Shown in pieces: positions 15,476 through 24,433 of a stretch of DNA of 32,000 nt. The stretch is from contig NZ_CM001976.1 of NCBI RefSeq assembly GCF_000406145.1, positions 2,595,116 to 2,627,115 of the forward strand, read 5' to 3'. Made by a program: the position numbers and the translations under genes. Source of the DNA: Dickeya dadantii NCPPB 898. Its GTDB lineage: Bacteria; Pseudomonadota; Gammaproteobacteria; Enterobacterales; Enterobacteriaceae. The notes below the pieces were generated by a model. That model searched no databases. It was not told the DNA's origin and saw only the letters and a list, made by a program, of their open reading frames with translations. Every line of letters begins with the position of its first letter. Position 1 is the first letter of the stretch.

Positions 15476-16459
15476 TTACAGCCCGCGCGCCGCCACATTC
15501 AGCAGCTTGATGCGGTGATAGAGCGTGCGTTTGGGAATGCCCAGCTCATTCACCACCGTATCGATACAGTGGTCGTTGCGCTGCAACGCTTCCTGAATCA
15601 GAAACCGCTCAATGCGGCGCAGGCGCACTTTCAGCGACGTCAGCGGCGTATCCTCTCCCATTACCTGCCCGTCGCCATCACTGGCTATCGGCACCGGCGA
15701 CAGCCCCAGCACCCAGCGCTCGGCCGCCGCCTTCAACTCACGAATGTTGCCGGGCCAGCCGTGCATCAGCAGTTGTTCCTGAATGATAGCCGACAGGCCC
15801 GGCACCGGCCGTTTCAGGCGTGCCGAGGCCTCACGCAAAAAGCGCTCGAATAACGGCAGAATGATTTCCGTACGCGAACGCAGCGTCGGCAGCTGAATTT
15901 TTACCGTATCCAGCCGGAAGTAGAGGTCACGCCGAAAACGCCCTTCGTCCACCAGTTGCTGTAACGGCGTCTGCGTGGCGACGATCACCCGCATATCCAC
16001 CGGTTTGAATTGGGTGCTGCCCAGCCGTTCGATGCCGCGACTTTCCAGCACCCGTAACATTTTGGCCTGCAGCGTCAGCGGCATACTGTCGATCTCATCC
16101 AGAAACAGAATGCCTTTGTCCGCGGTTTCAAGGTATCCGGCGCGGGACCGGCTGGCGCCGGTGTAAGCGCCGGACACCACCCCGAATAACTCGCTTTCCG
16201 CCAGCGTTTCCGGCACGGCGGCGCAGTTCACCGCCACCAACGGGCCGGCGCAGCCGGAAAGCTGATGAATACGGCGCGCCAGCGTGTCTTTGCCGGTGCC
16301 GGTTTCGCCTTCCAGTACGATATCAACGTTGAGGGGCGCGATAGTGTGGATGAGAGAAGATAGCGATCCGTGTATATCTTCCGACGGATGCGTTAACGAG
16401 GACTCATGGGAGGCACAATGAAGTGACTGCACGGATTCATTGCTATTCCTTATCGTCAT
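15476..16459 (-). CDS. hrpS: HrpS, sigma-54 enhancer-binding protein (NtrC family, no receiver domain)
   Basis: 327 aa. It has Walker A GETGTGKD, the sigma-54 contact loop GAYTGA (GAFTGA variant), the AAA+ core ...ILFLDEIDSMPL..., and a C-terminal HTH ...NELGIPKRTLYHRIK. AGGAG lies 5 nt upstream of the ATG. Confidence 0.95.
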   Translation of the reverse strand: MTIRNSNESVQSLHCASHESSLTHPSEDIHGSLSSLIHTIAPLNVDIVLEGETGTGKDTLARRIHQLSGCAGPLVAVNCAAVPETLAESELFGVVSGAYTGASRSRAGYLETADKGILFLDEIDSMPLTLQAKMLRVLESRGIERLGSTQFKPVDMRVIVATQTPLQQLVDEGRFRRDLYFRLDTVKIQLPTLRSRTEIILPLFERFLREASARLKRPVPGLSAIIQEQLLMHGWPGNIRELKAAAERWVLGLSPVPIASDGDGQVMGEDTPLTSLKVRLRRIERFLIQEALQRNDHCIDTVVNELGIPKRTLYHRIKLLNVAARGL

Positions 16460-16900
16460 GAAAACTCCTGTACATTTTTCTATATTCCATTATCAAACTG
16501 TCGAATCTATCCCGTTCCAGAAAGTACCCCGCCGCAACATAGCCATCAGTAGCTGTCATTGCATCATGACGGAATACAACCTAATTCTGAACGCCGGCAC
16601 GGGTTTGGCTCCGATGGCTCCTGTTGCCATCCTGACAATTTCTTAACGCTTAACAATCACCAATCTGCAAGTATTAACAAATTATTTATGGAGTGTGTAA
16701 GCATTACCGCCAACGGCAAAACAAACCATCAGCCGGCGGCTGAAGTTGGCGTAGGAATTTCAGAGTGAAAAGTAGGAATAATCTTACCCCGGAGACAGCG
16801 GCGATGGCGGCGTTCCGGACACTGAAGGCGCGGGTTCCCCCCTTCGTCATGGCATGGTCTTACACAAGGCCATAAGCGAAGGGAGGACTACAGACTATCA

Positions 16901-17542
16901 TCAGGCGATTAAACGCTGGCTCAATGCATATTTCACAATGTCCGCGTTGGTGGTGAATTGCATTTTTTCCATTAATCGCGATTTATGGGTACTGACGGTT
17001 TTGTTGCTGATGGCCAGCATTTCGGCGATGGCATTGACCCCCAACCCCTGCGCCAGCATCACCATGATCTGATGCTCCCGCGAGGTCAGCAGTTCATTAC
17101 GCCCGTCGCCGCGGGTCTGGCAATCCGCAAATACAATCTGCTCGGCGATGCTGTGGTCGATATAGCGCGCCCCCTGCGCAACCCGGCGGATAGCCGACAA
17201 CAGCGCCTCCGGGTCCTTGTCTTTGGTGATATAGCCGAGCGCCCCGCTTTTTAGCACCCGACGGGCGATCTGCGGTTCGCTGTACATGCTCAACACCAGA
17301 ATCGGCAGACGCGGATACTGCGCCACGATACGGATAATCAGCTCTTCACCGCAAATGCCCGGCATGCTCATGTCCAGCAGCAGTAAATCGACCTGACTCT
17401 CCCGCAATTGCGCCAGCACCTGCGATCCGGTCCCGGCTTCCGCCACCACCTCCAGATTGTCGTCTAATGCAAAGATCTGCTTTAATCCTTCACGCATAAT
17501 TACGTGATCGTCAGCGATCATCAGCTTTATGAGTCTATCCAT
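16901..17542 (-). CDS. hrpY: HrpY response regulator (FixJ/NarL/LuxR-type HTH)
   Basis: 213 aa. The receiver domain has DD (MIADDH) and the phospho-acceptor context LLLLDMSMPG. A C-terminal LuxR HTH is present: LTSREHQIMVMLAQGLGVNAIAEMLAISNKTVSTHKSRLMEKM. SD GGAGGAGG is upstream. Confidence 0.95.
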   Translation of the reverse strand: MDRLIKLMIADDHVIMREGLKQIFALDDNLEVVAEAGTGSQVLAQLRESQVDLLLLDMSMPGICGEELIIRIVAQYPRLPILVLSMYSEPQIARRVLKSGALGYITKDKDPEALLSAIRRVAQGARYIDHSIAEQIVFADCQTRGDGRNELLTSREHQIMVMLAQGLGVNAIAEMLAISNKTVSTHKSRLMEKMQFTTNADIVKYALSQRLIA

Positions 17543-17572
17543 TCGCGTTTCCTCCTCCAGAGAAAATCTATT

Positions 17573-17644
17573 CTACGCGGTATCCTGCGGGAACGTCAGC
17601 CGAACCAGCGTACCCGCTCCCGGCTGACTTTCTATTACCACTTC
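17573..17644 (-). other. hrpX: Out-of-frame 3' remnant of hrpX encoding the end of the HATPase_c domain
   Basis: The -1 frame after the G7 run reads EVVIESQPGAGTLVRLTFPQDTA* (TAG 17575-17573). This is the canonical GG-x-V-x-I-x-S-x-P-G-x-G-T-x-V-x-L-x-x-P ending of a histidine kinase. Confidence 0.8.
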
Positions 17645-19038
17645 CCCCCCAGCATCCGGCCGCGCTCTTTCATGCTCATCAGGCCGAAGGCGTGAGGCTT
17701 GCGGGTCTGAGCGTCAAATCCTTTGCCGTTGTCGCGCACACTCAGCACGATCAATCCCTCGCGGTTTTCCAGCGAAATCACCACCTGCGTCGCTTCGGCG
17801 TAACGGGCGATATTGGTCAGCGACTCCTGTACCACCCGGAACGCCGCGGTGGCACATTCGTCATTCAGCACCACTTCCGGCTCCGGCGCCCGCAACAGAC
17901 AAGGGCAGCGATACTGGCGGATAAAGTCATCACGCAGCCACTCCAGCGCAGGGGTTAGCCCCATATCCAGCACGTTGGGGCGTAGCCGGGTCGCGACATG
18001 TCGCACCACCTGAATGGTTTTATCGGACAATGCCATCAAATTCTGTAATTGCGTCAGCATATGCGGGTTATCACGGGCGAACTGCATACGCATCAGCGAC
18101 AGACTCATGCGCATGGAGGTCAGGTGCTGCCCCAGCTCGTCATGGATCTCCCTGGCGATGTGTTTGCGCTCTTCTTCGCGAGAGATTTCCCGCTGGCGCG
18201 CCAGCAGTCGCAGCTGCATGTGGGAATCTTCCAGTTTTTTTTCGGCATAGCGGATGGCGGTGATATCGCGCCCAACGGTGAGGATCGACGTCAGCTTGCC
18301 GCTTTGATCGAACTCCGGCACACAGCGGATATGGTGGATCACCCGGTGGCGCGTCTCCGTTGCGCCGATATCCTCCTCCAGTTCGCCTTCGACGCTGCTT
18401 TCCGTATCCACCACCATCTGCACCAGTTGCAAAATGCGCTGGGCACAGCGGGCGTTCGGCAGCAAATCGGTCAGCCGCCGCCCGCGCAGTTGCTCGGCGG
18501 TAAAACGCAGGTGGGCCAGCGTGGCGGGGTTGGCGTATTGGCAGTTGAGCTGTGGATCAAAACGCGTGATCAGATCCGGCGTATTCTCCACCAGCGCCCG
18601 GAACTCCTGCTCGCGGGCGTAGGCCAGTTGTTCGATATGCTTGCGTTCACGAATATCCCTTACTACGCACATACTGTACTTTCGTCCTTTATGTAGAAAA
18701 TGATTCACGCTGACTTCAACCGGCAGCACCATGCCAAAGCGGGTTTTATGCCGGGTTTCAAACGTCAGCCCGCGCTTCCAGCAGCGGGGGTCGCTCCAGT
18801 GGCGGTTCGTCTCTTCTTTTGTCCAGCCAAGGTCGATGTCCTGTATTCGCATACGACGAAACTCGCGGCGACTGTAGCCCAGCATGCGACAGGCTTCATC
18901 ATTGGCGTAACAAAACTGCTCCATATCGTTGACAATATAAATGGCATCGTTGATACGACTAAAGGCGAAATCCACCAGCTCAAGCGGCGGTACGTCATCA
19001 GGATGGTGGGGTTGAGGGGAAATCGGGGTATATAACAT
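17635..19038 (-). CDS. hrpX: HrpX PAS-domain sensor histidine kinase, prematurely terminated by a frame shift (see findings)
   Basis: Two PAS-like segments are followed by the HisKA_3 H-box REIHDELGQHLTSM, N-box ESLTNIARYA, G1 VRDNGKGF and G2 HAFGLMSMKER. The ORF ends ...RMLGGKW* without the final HATPase_c strands. Start preferred at ATG 19038 (AAGGAG 19050-19045, 6-nt spacer) over ATG 19044. Confidence 0.85.
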   Translation of the reverse strand: MLYTPISPQPHHPDDVPPLELVDFAFSRINDAIYIVNDMEQFCYANDEACRMLGYSRREFRRMRIQDIDLGWTKEETNRHWSDPRCWKRGLTFETRHKTRFGMVLPVEVSVNHFLHKGRKYSMCVVRDIRERKHIEQLAYAREQEFRALVENTPDLITRFDPQLNCQYANPATLAHLRFTAEQLRGRRLTDLLPNARCAQRILQLVQMVVDTESSVEGELEEDIGATETRHRVIHHIRCVPEFDQSGKLTSILTVGRDITAIRYAEKKLEDSHMQLRLLARQREISREEERKHIAREIHDELGQHLTSMRMSLSLMRMQFARDNPHMLTQLQNLMALSDKTIQVVRHVATRLRPNVLDMGLTPALEWLRDDFIRQYRCPCLLRAPEPEVVLNDECATAAFRVVQESLTNIARYAEATQVVISLENREGLIVLSVRDNGKGFDAQTRKPHAFGLMSMKERGRMLGGKW

Positions 19039-19297
19039 TGCCATCTCCTTGCTATCGCTCAGCCTGTCGGCCCCCTGAAAACCGGGTGCCGACAGCAGAA
19101 AGGAAAGCCGCAGAAATCGCCTCCGGGAAGGTGGCCTGCGACCCTGTTAGGCTGCACTCCGCCGCGATGTGCGGCGCCGGCGGCATACAGCCTGATATTG
19201 ACAGGTTCCTTCACCTCCCCTGATTAAGGGAAGATGCCCTCCCGGGGCATGGCAATATAAGCGCCCCCGTGCCGGACAACCGCACGGAGGAGTCAAC

Positions 19298-19852
19298 TTA
19301 TGCATCAACAGCCTGGCGGAGATATCCCCTGGCGCGGGAAAGACGCGAGCGTACAGTGCCAATAGGAATGTTGAGCTGCTCGGCGATATCCTGATAGCTG
19401 ACATCGGCATCCAGCAGCATCATCAACATCTTACGCGTTTCCTCCGGCAGGTGCGCACTGGCCGTCAGCGCGCGGTTCAGCGAGTGATCGCACTCCGTAA
19501 TGCGGCTGGGATCGATATCCGTCGACAGAATTTCCGCCACTTCCAACGCATCGTCGCTGATATCGACGGTGCGATAGCGCGCCTGTTTGAAGTGATTTCG
19601 CACCAGATTCAGGGCAATGCCAAATACCCAAGTCTCCGGGCGCGAGGCGCCGGCGAACTTTTCGCGGTTCTTCAGCACTTCCAGATAAGTCATCTGCTGT
19701 AAATCTTCCACATCTTCACGGTTCGATACGCGCTTGCGAATGAAGTTTTGCAGTCGCTTGCCATGCAGGCGAAAAACCTGCTCCCAGTCCACGGTATTGG
19801 CAGGGGTATGAATCTGACACGCATCCATTTGTTTCAGTGTAATCGTTTCCAT
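19298..19852 (-). CDS. hrpL: HrpL, ECF-family alternative sigma factor
   Basis: 184 aa. Region 2 reads ...VEDLQQMTYLEVLKN..., and region 4 has the HTH ...SYQDIAEQLNIPIGTVRSRLSRAR. A sigma-54 promoter lies about 47 nt upstream. Confidence 0.95.
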   Translation of the reverse strand: METITLKQMDACQIHTPANTVDWEQVFRLHGKRLQNFIRKRVSNREDVEDLQQMTYLEVLKNREKFAGASRPETWVFGIALNLVRNHFKQARYRTVDISDDALEVAEILSTDIDPSRITECDHSLNRALTASAHLPEETRKMLMMLLDADVSYQDIAEQLNIPIGTVRSRLSRARGYLRQAVDA

Positions 19853-19898
19853 TTCACTAACTCTCCATCGATATGCCCCAATTGGCGCATCGGAGAGA

Positions 19899-19913
19899 GC
19901 AAGGCGCGTGCCA
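19899..19913 (-). promoter_or_regulatory. Sigma-54 (-24/-12) promoter of hrpL
   Basis: Minus strand reads TGGCAC-GCGCC-TTGC, an exact match to TGGCAC-N5-TTGC. Confidence 0.88.
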
Positions 19914-20101
19914 GCCAGAAAAATCCGATTAACTAGCTGTTATTTATCATTTTATTTTTTATCACCCTGGCTTTTTATGCCATTTTTTGCCAGTAAAATT
20001 CAGCCTAAATTGCAAGCTTTTGCAGAACAGATCAACTAAATAATTATCAACAAAATAATAACCTATTGTTACTTATTATTATTGACTTGTATCATTTATT
20101 G

Positions 20102-20129
20102 GGAACCTGCTCCCCACTCCTGCCACATA
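20102..20129 (+). promoter_or_regulatory. HrpL-dependent hrp-box promoter of the hrpJ...hrcU operon
   Basis: GGAACC (20102-20107) - 15 nt - CCACATA (20123-20129), 46 nt upstream of the hrpJ ATG. Confidence 0.88.
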
Positions 20130-20174
20130 ACAGCACACCGTTAAAGCAGAGGCAGCTTCAGGCAGGACAGGACC

Positions 20175-21344
20175 ATGATTTCACTCAATAACGTTTCTTC
20201 CGTGCTCAATACCAGCAGCGCGGCCATCGCCAATGACATTGACGAGCAGGAGCCGGTCGGCATGCCGGTCAAAACCAGCGACGCCCGGCCGTCGCACGAC
20301 AAAGCCCTTCACGACGCCATGGAAGAGGTCGCGGCCAGTTTCGGCGAACAGGTCGAACGCAAAAGCAAGGCGCTGAACCGGCGGCAAATCAGCCAGCCGC
20401 AAAGCCGGATGCTGGCCAACATCGAGCGCATCGAAAAACTGACCGAACTGTTTCAACTGCTGGAAAACCCGAAACACCCGACGCTGGACCAGCAGATCCG
20501 GCAGATGCAGGTACTGCTGCGCCAGTCATCGCCGCCTTCGGTCGAGGCCATCATGCAGGCGGCAGGCGGCGACGCCGCACGCAGCGATATCGTGCTGCGC
20601 CATGTGCTGAGCCAGGCGCAACAGCAGCAGGACGCCTCACTCGCGCAGTCGACCAGCCAGAGCCTGGCCCAGTTGCATCAGGAAAAAGGACCGGAAGTAC
20701 GGGCGGGGTTGAACACCGCCGCCGCCATTTCCCTGTTCAGCACCGACCCGAACCAGAAACAGGCGCTGCGCGACCTCTACTATCAGCGCATCGTCCATCA
20801 GCAGTCGCCCAGCGCCCTGCTCGATGCCTTACTGGAACGCTTCGATGCACAACACTTCGCGGCCGGGCTGCGTACGCTGCAACGAGCGCTGGCGGCGGAT
20901 ATCGCCTCGCTGGCACCGTCCATCTCGAAAAATGCGCTCAGCAAAATGCTCAGCAGCCTGAACGACTCGCGCCAGCTCAGCCATACGCTGTCGGCCAGCC
21001 AGTCTTTGCTCGCACGGCTGGCGTCGCGCATGCCGGAGTGCACGCTGGGCGCGGTGGAGCTGACCCGACGGCTGATCGGCCTGAGCGCCAACGGCGCCTA
21101 CGCCCGCGACCTGCACAATCTCGGCCGCGAAGTCGCCGGGCAGGACACCCAGCGCCAGCTGCTGTTTTTCAACGGCCTGCTGCCGCTGGTTAACGACCTG
21201 CCGCATCCGCTGTGGCGCGACGCCAAAAACCGTCTCACCGCCCTGCAATTGATTCGTAGCCTGATCGGCGACTTCGCCCAGTACGAAAAACAGCAGCAGG
21301 ATGACGCCAAACCGATGAACGACCGATCTCGGAACAAGGGGTAA
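20175..21344 (+). CDS. hrpJ: HrpJ (SctW gatekeeper, YopN/InvE/MxiC family)
   Basis: 389-aa ORF, first gene after the hrp box. It is Gln/Leu/Ala-rich and helical, with the size and position typical of HrpJ. Confidence 0.85.
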   Translation: MISLNNVSSVLNTSSAAIANDIDEQEPVGMPVKTSDARPSHDKALHDAMEEVAASFGEQVERKSKALNRRQISQPQSRMLANIERIEKLTELFQLLENPKHPTLDQQIRQMQVLLRQSSPPSVEAIMQAAGGDAARSDIVLRHVLSQAQQQQDASLAQSTSQSLAQLHQEKGPEVRAGLNTAAAISLFSTDPNQKQALRDLYYQRIVHQQSPSALLDALLERFDAQHFAAGLRTLQRALAADIASLAPSISKNALSKMLSSLNDSRQLSHTLSASQSLLARLASRMPECTLGAVELTRRLIGLSANGAYARDLHNLGREVAGQDTQRQLLFFNGLLPLVNDLPHPLWRDAKNRLTALQLIRSLIGDFAQYEKQQQDDAKPMNDRSRNKG

Positions 21345-21347
21345 CCG

Positions 21348-23450
21348 ATGGCTGTGCTGATCGCCTGGCTTAACCGTTTTGCCATGAGCGCCATGCAGCG
21401 CTCCGAAGTGGTGGGCGCCGTCATCGTCATGGCGATTGTGTTCATGATGATTATCCCGCTGCCGACCGGCCTGATTGACGTGCTGATTGCGTTCAACATC
21501 TGTATTTCATCACTGCTGATCGTGCTGGCGATGTACCTGCCCAAACCGCTGGCGTTCTCTACCTTCCCGGCGGTGCTGCTGCTAACCACCATGTTCCGGC
21601 TGGCGCTGTCCATCTCCACCACCCGGCAGATTCTGTTGCAACAGGATGCCGGTCACGTGGTGGAGGCGTTCGGCAACTTCGTGGTGGGCGGCAATCTGGC
21701 GGTCGGCCTGGTGATCTTCATGATCCTGACGGTGGTGAACTTTCTGGTGATCACCAAAGGGTCGGAGCGGGTGGCGGAAGTGGCGGCGCGTTTCACCCTC
21801 GATGCCATGCCCGGCAAACAGATGTCCATCGACAGCGACCTGCGCGCCGGGTTGATCGACGCCCAGCAGGCTCGCCAGCGACGGGAAAACCTGGCCAAGG
21901 AGAGCCAGCTGTTCGGCGCCATGGACGGGGCGATGAAGTTCGTCAAAGGGGATGCCATCGCCAGCCTGGTGATCGTATTCATCAACATGATTGGCGGCTT
22001 CGCCATCGGCGTGTTGCAAAACGGCATGGCCGCCGGCGACGCCATGCACATTTACTCGGTGCTGACCATCGGCGACGGCCTGATCGCTCAGATTCCGGCG
22101 CTGCTGATTTCGCTGACCGCCGGGATGATCATCACCCGCGTCTCCGCCGACGGCCAGAAAATGGACAACAATATTGGCCGGGAGATCGCCGAGCAACTGA
22201 CCAGCCAGCCCAAGGCGTGGATCATCTCGTCGGTGGGCATGTTGGGGTTCGCGCTGCTGCCCGGTATGCCGACGCTGGTGTTTCTGCTAATCAGCCTGGC
22301 GTCGCTCGGCAGCGGGTTGTTTCAGCTGTGGCGCGTCAAACAGAGCGGCTTGCAGGATTCGCTGCTGGCGGATGACGGCATGCCCGCCGAACAGAACGGC
22401 TATCAGGATCTGCGGCGTTTCAACCCGACCCGCGCCTACCTGTTGCAGTTCCATACCGTGTGGCAGGGCGCCGCGGCCGCCGCGGTGCTGGTACAGGACA
22501 TCCGTCGCCTGCGCAACCGGCTGGTGTACCACTTCGGCTTTACGCTGCCGTCGTTCGATATCGAATTCAACCCCAACGTGCCGGAGGATGAGTTCCGCTT
22601 CTGCGTGTATGAAATCCCGCAGTTGCGAGCCAGCTTCGGCGTGCCGCTGCTGGCGGTGCCGCGCGGACAACTGCCGGAAGCGATGCAGGACGACGCCATG
22701 ATGCCCGGCCTGTCGGCCCGCGACGAACACCACCTGCTGTGGCTGACGCCGGAACATCCGCTATTACAGCAGCCGGAACTGAGCCCCTGGAGCCCGGACG
22801 CGCTGATCCTCAGTCGCATGGAGAATGCGATTCATCGCAGCGGCGCGCAGTTTATCGGCCTGCAGGAAACCAAATCGATCCTCGCCTGGCTGGAGGCCGA
22901 ACAGCCGGAGCTGGCACAGGAGCTACAGCGCATCATGCCGTTATCGCGCTTCGCCAGCGTACTGCAACGGCTGGCGTCGGAGCGGGTGCCGCTGCGTTCG
23001 GTGCGGCCGATCGCCGAAGCGCTGATCGAAATCGGTCAGCATGAGCGCGACATCAACGCCCTCACCGACTACGTGCGGCTGGAGCTGAAAGCCCAAATTT
23101 GCCACCAGTACAGTCAGGACGACAGCCTCACCGTCTGGCTGCTGACGCCGGAAACCGAAGAGCTGCTGCGCGACGCGCTACGCCAGACGCAGAACGAAAC
23201 CTTCTTCGCGCTGACCCAGGAATACGCCGCCACCCTGCTCGGCCTATTGCGGCGCGCATTCCCGCCGATGACGCCGCCGTCGGCGCTGATTCTGGTGGCG
23301 CAGGACCTGCGCAGCCCGCTACGCATTCTGTTGCAGGACGAATTTCATCACGTACCGGTGCTGTCGTTCACCGAACTGGAGTCGCACCTGTCGATCAACG
23401 TGGCGGGCCGTATCGACCTGCTGGACCGGGTTGACCCCTTTAACGCATAG
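21348..23450 (+). CDS. hrcV: T3SS export-gate protein HrcV (SctV, FlhA/YscV/InvA family)
   Basis: 700 aa. The N-terminal polytopic membrane domain carries the conserved FHIPEP-type region ...LTTMFRLALSISTTRQILL...GNFVVGGNLAVGLVIF..VNFLVITKGSERVAEVAARFTLDAMPGKQMSIDSDLRAG... A large cytoplasmic C-domain follows. Confidence 0.97.
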   Translation: MAVLIAWLNRFAMSAMQRSEVVGAVIVMAIVFMMIIPLPTGLIDVLIAFNICISSLLIVLAMYLPKPLAFSTFPAVLLLTTMFRLALSISTTRQILLQQDAGHVVEAFGNFVVGGNLAVGLVIFMILTVVNFLVITKGSERVAEVAARFTLDAMPGKQMSIDSDLRAGLIDAQQARQRRENLAKESQLFGAMDGAMKFVKGDAIASLVIVFINMIGGFAIGVLQNGMAAGDAMHIYSVLTIGDGLIAQIPALLISLTAGMIITRVSADGQKMDNNIGREIAEQLTSQPKAWIISSVGMLGFALLPGMPTLVFLLISLASLGSGLFQLWRVKQSGLQDSLLADDGMPAEQNGYQDLRRFNPTRAYLLQFHTVWQGAAAAAVLVQDIRRLRNRLVYHFGFTLPSFDIEFNPNVPEDEFRFCVYEIPQLRASFGVPLLAVPRGQLPEAMQDDAMMPGLSARDEHHLLWLTPEHPLLQQPELSPWSPDALILSRMENAIHRSGAQFIGLQETKSILAWLEAEQPELAQELQRIMPLSRFASVLQRLASERVPLRSVRPIAEALIEIGQHERDINALTDYVRLELKAQICHQYSQDDSLTVWLLTPETEELLRDALRQTQNETFFALTQEYAATLLGLLRRAFPPMTPPSALILVAQDLRSPLRILLQDEFHHVPVLSFTELESHLSINVAGRIDLLDRVDPFNA

Positions 23451-23461
23451 GATAACGCAAA

Positions 23462-24433
23462 ATGTTTGAACTCCGTGTTCTGACCGGATTGCACCGTGGG
23501 GCCGCGCTGCCGTTAAGCGGAACCTCATGGCGCATCGGTTCCGCCGACGAGGCGGATATGGTGCTCTACGATCCTGGCATCCGCGAGCGGCATTGCCTGC
23601 TGGAAAAACAGCCCGACGGCTGGCTGGTGTCCGTGCTGGACGGCCCGGTCAGCAACAGCGAAGGCCACGCGGCGGCGCAATCGCTGTGGTTGCCGCCCGG
23701 CACGCCGTTCGCCGCCGGCGGCATCTGGCTGTGCGTGGTCAGCGCCGATACCCCCTGGCAGGATGAGGCGGAGGAAACGCCGCCGGATGACGACCTGGCC
23801 GACGACGCCGCCGGAACCGACGCCGACGTCATCCCGCCTGACGCCGGCATCGCCCCGGATACCCCTTCCGCACCGATGCCGGAACCGATGGTGACGCGCC
23901 GGGAGAAGGCGCGCCTGCCGCTGTGGGCCAAATTCAGCTACCTGCTGCTGGCGGTACTGCTGTTCATGATCGTCGGCAGTTGGATGTTGCAGGAAACGGC
24001 GGCGATGCCGCCCGCACCGCCGCCGCAGGATAACCGTTTACCGATCGGCACCCTGCCGCAGTTGAACAGCACCCTGCAAACCATGCTTACCGACCGCGAA
24101 CTGGAACGGCTAGTCTCGACCAGTCAGGAGAACAACCGCATCGTGCTGAGCGGCGCGCTGCCGCCCGCGCAGCACACCCGGCTGGCGCGCATGCTGGCAC
24201 AGTTCCACCAGCGTTACGTCACCGCTTTGCAGATCGAAAATCACACCACCGTGAAAAACGACCAGTTGCCGTTCCAGATCGTGCAGGTCACCAGCGGCCC
24301 GAAAGCCAACGTAGTGACCTCGGACGGGCGGCGCATCTTCGTCGGCGACGAGGTGGACAACCTGCGGCTGGTGAGCATCAACGACAGCCAGATCGAATTT
24401 CGCGGCAAACAACAGATCAAGGTGAACTGGTGA
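23462..24433 (+). CDS. hrpQ: HrpQ (SctD inner-membrane ring protein, YscD/PrgH-position, N-terminal FHA-like domain)
   Basis: 323 aa. It starts MFELRVLTGLHRGAALPLSGTSWRIGSADEADMVLYDPGIRERHCLL (FHA-like), has a central TM segment LWAKFSYLLLAVLLFMIVGSWML, and ends in a periplasmic C-domain. Confidence 0.85.
   Translation: MFELRVLTGLHRGAALPLSGTSWRIGSADEADMVLYDPGIRERHCLLEKQPDGWLVSVLDGPVSNSEGHAAAQSLWLPPGTPFAAGGIWLCVVSADTPWQDEAEETPPDDDLADDAAGTDADVIPPDAGIAPDTPSAPMPEPMVTRREKARLPLWAKFSYLLLAVLLFMIVGSWMLQETAAMPPAPPPQDNRLPIGTLPQLNSTLQTMLTDRELERLVSTSQENNRIVLSGALPPAQHTRLARMLAQFHQRYVTALQIENHTTVKNDQLPFQIVQVTSGPKANVVTSDGRRIFVGDEVDNLRLVSINDSQIEFRGKQQIKVNW

Noticed and set aside
16596-16610. Plus-strand sigma-54-like motif cGGCAC-gggtt-TGGC (GG-N10-GC) in the hrpS-hrpY spacer
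   Set aside because: It has a mismatch in the -12 element and points toward the 3' end of hrpY, with no plus-strand gene downstream. An antisense or sRNA promoter is conceivable but unsupported.
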